From Paraspadella gotoi (taxonomy: Eukaryota > Animalia > Chaetognatha), in contig JBJCIZ010001589.1 in the NCBI GenBank assembly GCA_051294375.1, positions 1 through 9,306 on the forward strand: a stretch of DNA of 9,306 nucleotides. The letters run 5' to 3'. The stretch's first letter is position 1. Every line of letters begins with the position of its first letter. The notes below the pieces were generated by a model. That model worked only from the letters and a program-made list of their open reading frames with translations, did no database searches and was not told the origin of the DNA. Made by a program: the position numbers and the translations under genes. Below, piece after piece: positions 9,201 through 9,306 of the stretch.

Positions 9201-9306
9201 GACGACCAAGCGTGCAACCATCTTTAACTCCCCCTTACGAAGGTCCTTATCGCGTCGTCCATCGAAATGGTTTAAATATAACCGTCGAAATCCCAAGCGT
9301 CGGAAG
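6182..9306 (+). CDS. pol: Pol polyprotein (aspartic protease, reverse transcriptase, RNase H, integrase); partial, runs off the window
   Basis: Manual translation of the -1 frame relative to gag finds no stop from 6119 to the window end (about 1040 codons from 6182). It reads LQRGAPQVNAV...WLVDGGALLSIVPP...ILGADFL...FVYLDDILVAS...ITTDASDHAVGAVLEQ...NVVADALSRP...HGLGHPG...CVDCQR...TTDRGSQF...ANGLVERFHR...PYEGPYRV. Confidence 0.97.
6251..6550 (+). other. Retropepsin-like aspartic protease domain of Pol
   Basis: LLFIRD..., WLVDGGA with catalytic Asp at 6296, flap region LQAANGSPIACYG, and ILGADFL at 6485-6505. Boundaries approximate. Confidence 0.85.
6716..7360 (+). other. Reverse transcriptase domain of Pol
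   Basis: SEWSSPLHVVSK, WRCCGDYRRLN, FSKIDLLKGYHQIPV, KTAVITPFGLY, PFGLKNAGQDFQRLMD, YLDD at 7190-7201, KKC, LEFLGFLV. Boundaries approximate. Confidence 0.97.
7631..7987 (+). other. RNase H domain of Pol
   Basis: TDAS (Asp at 7640), FDREL, LYTDHQSL and NVVADALSR (Asp at 7973): all four acidic catalytic positions are present. Confidence 0.94.
8168..9306 (+). other. Integrase domain of Pol (HHCC, DD35E core, GPY/F)
   Basis: His 8372 and 8384, Cys 8474 and 8483; Asp 8570, Asp 8744, Glu 8852, with 35 residues between the second D and the E; GPY at 9242-9250. Start approximate. Confidence 0.95.

Larger units (their letters stand above)
4761..9306 (+). mobile_element. Ty3/Gypsy LTR retrotransposon, CsRn1-like lineage; truncated by the window at the 3' end, 5' boundary approximate
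   Basis: gag is followed by pol with domain order PR-RT-RNaseH-IN (Gypsy order). Gag has a C-X2-H-X9-C-X3-C knuckle. RT motifs WSSPLHVV, CGDYRRLN, KIDLLKGYHQIP and YLDD are present. The 5' end is tentatively placed at TGTGGCG (4761). Confidence 0.96.

Noticed and set aside
1-9306. Prokaryotic RT systems (retron, DGR, CRISPR-RT), env gene, chromodomain
   Set aside because: The RT is embedded in a Gypsy polyprotein and no repeat-spacer array is present. An env gene or chromodomain would lie beyond the window end and cannot be assessed.

Overview
Eukaryotic, probably invertebrate animal, genomic DNA; the host is inferred from composition, microsatellites and the element type. About 1-4760 is AT-rich, mostly non-coding host sequence. 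It carries GA/CT microsatellites, a few weakly supported spliceosomal exons and two GC-rich fold-back islands (50-185 and 2855-3040). From about 4761 to the window end lies a plus-strand Ty3/Gypsy LTR retrotransposon whose Gag CHCC knuckle points to the CsRn1-like lineage. It comprises a candidate 5' LTR and PBS, gag (~5360-6206, apparently broken by one indel near its 5' end) and an uninterrupted pol frame (6182 to >9306: protease, RT, RNase H, integrase with GPY/F). The ORF track omits pol, probably because no stop is reached in the window. Gag and pol are joined by a clear -1 ribosomal frameshift cassette: G GGA AAC, a 6-nt spacer and an H-type pseudoknot. The protease has a non-canonical D-G-G active site. 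I cannot support a wholly new biological system here. The best leads are the frameshift pseudoknot, the DGG protease, the broken gag start in an otherwise intact element and the structured island at 50-185.
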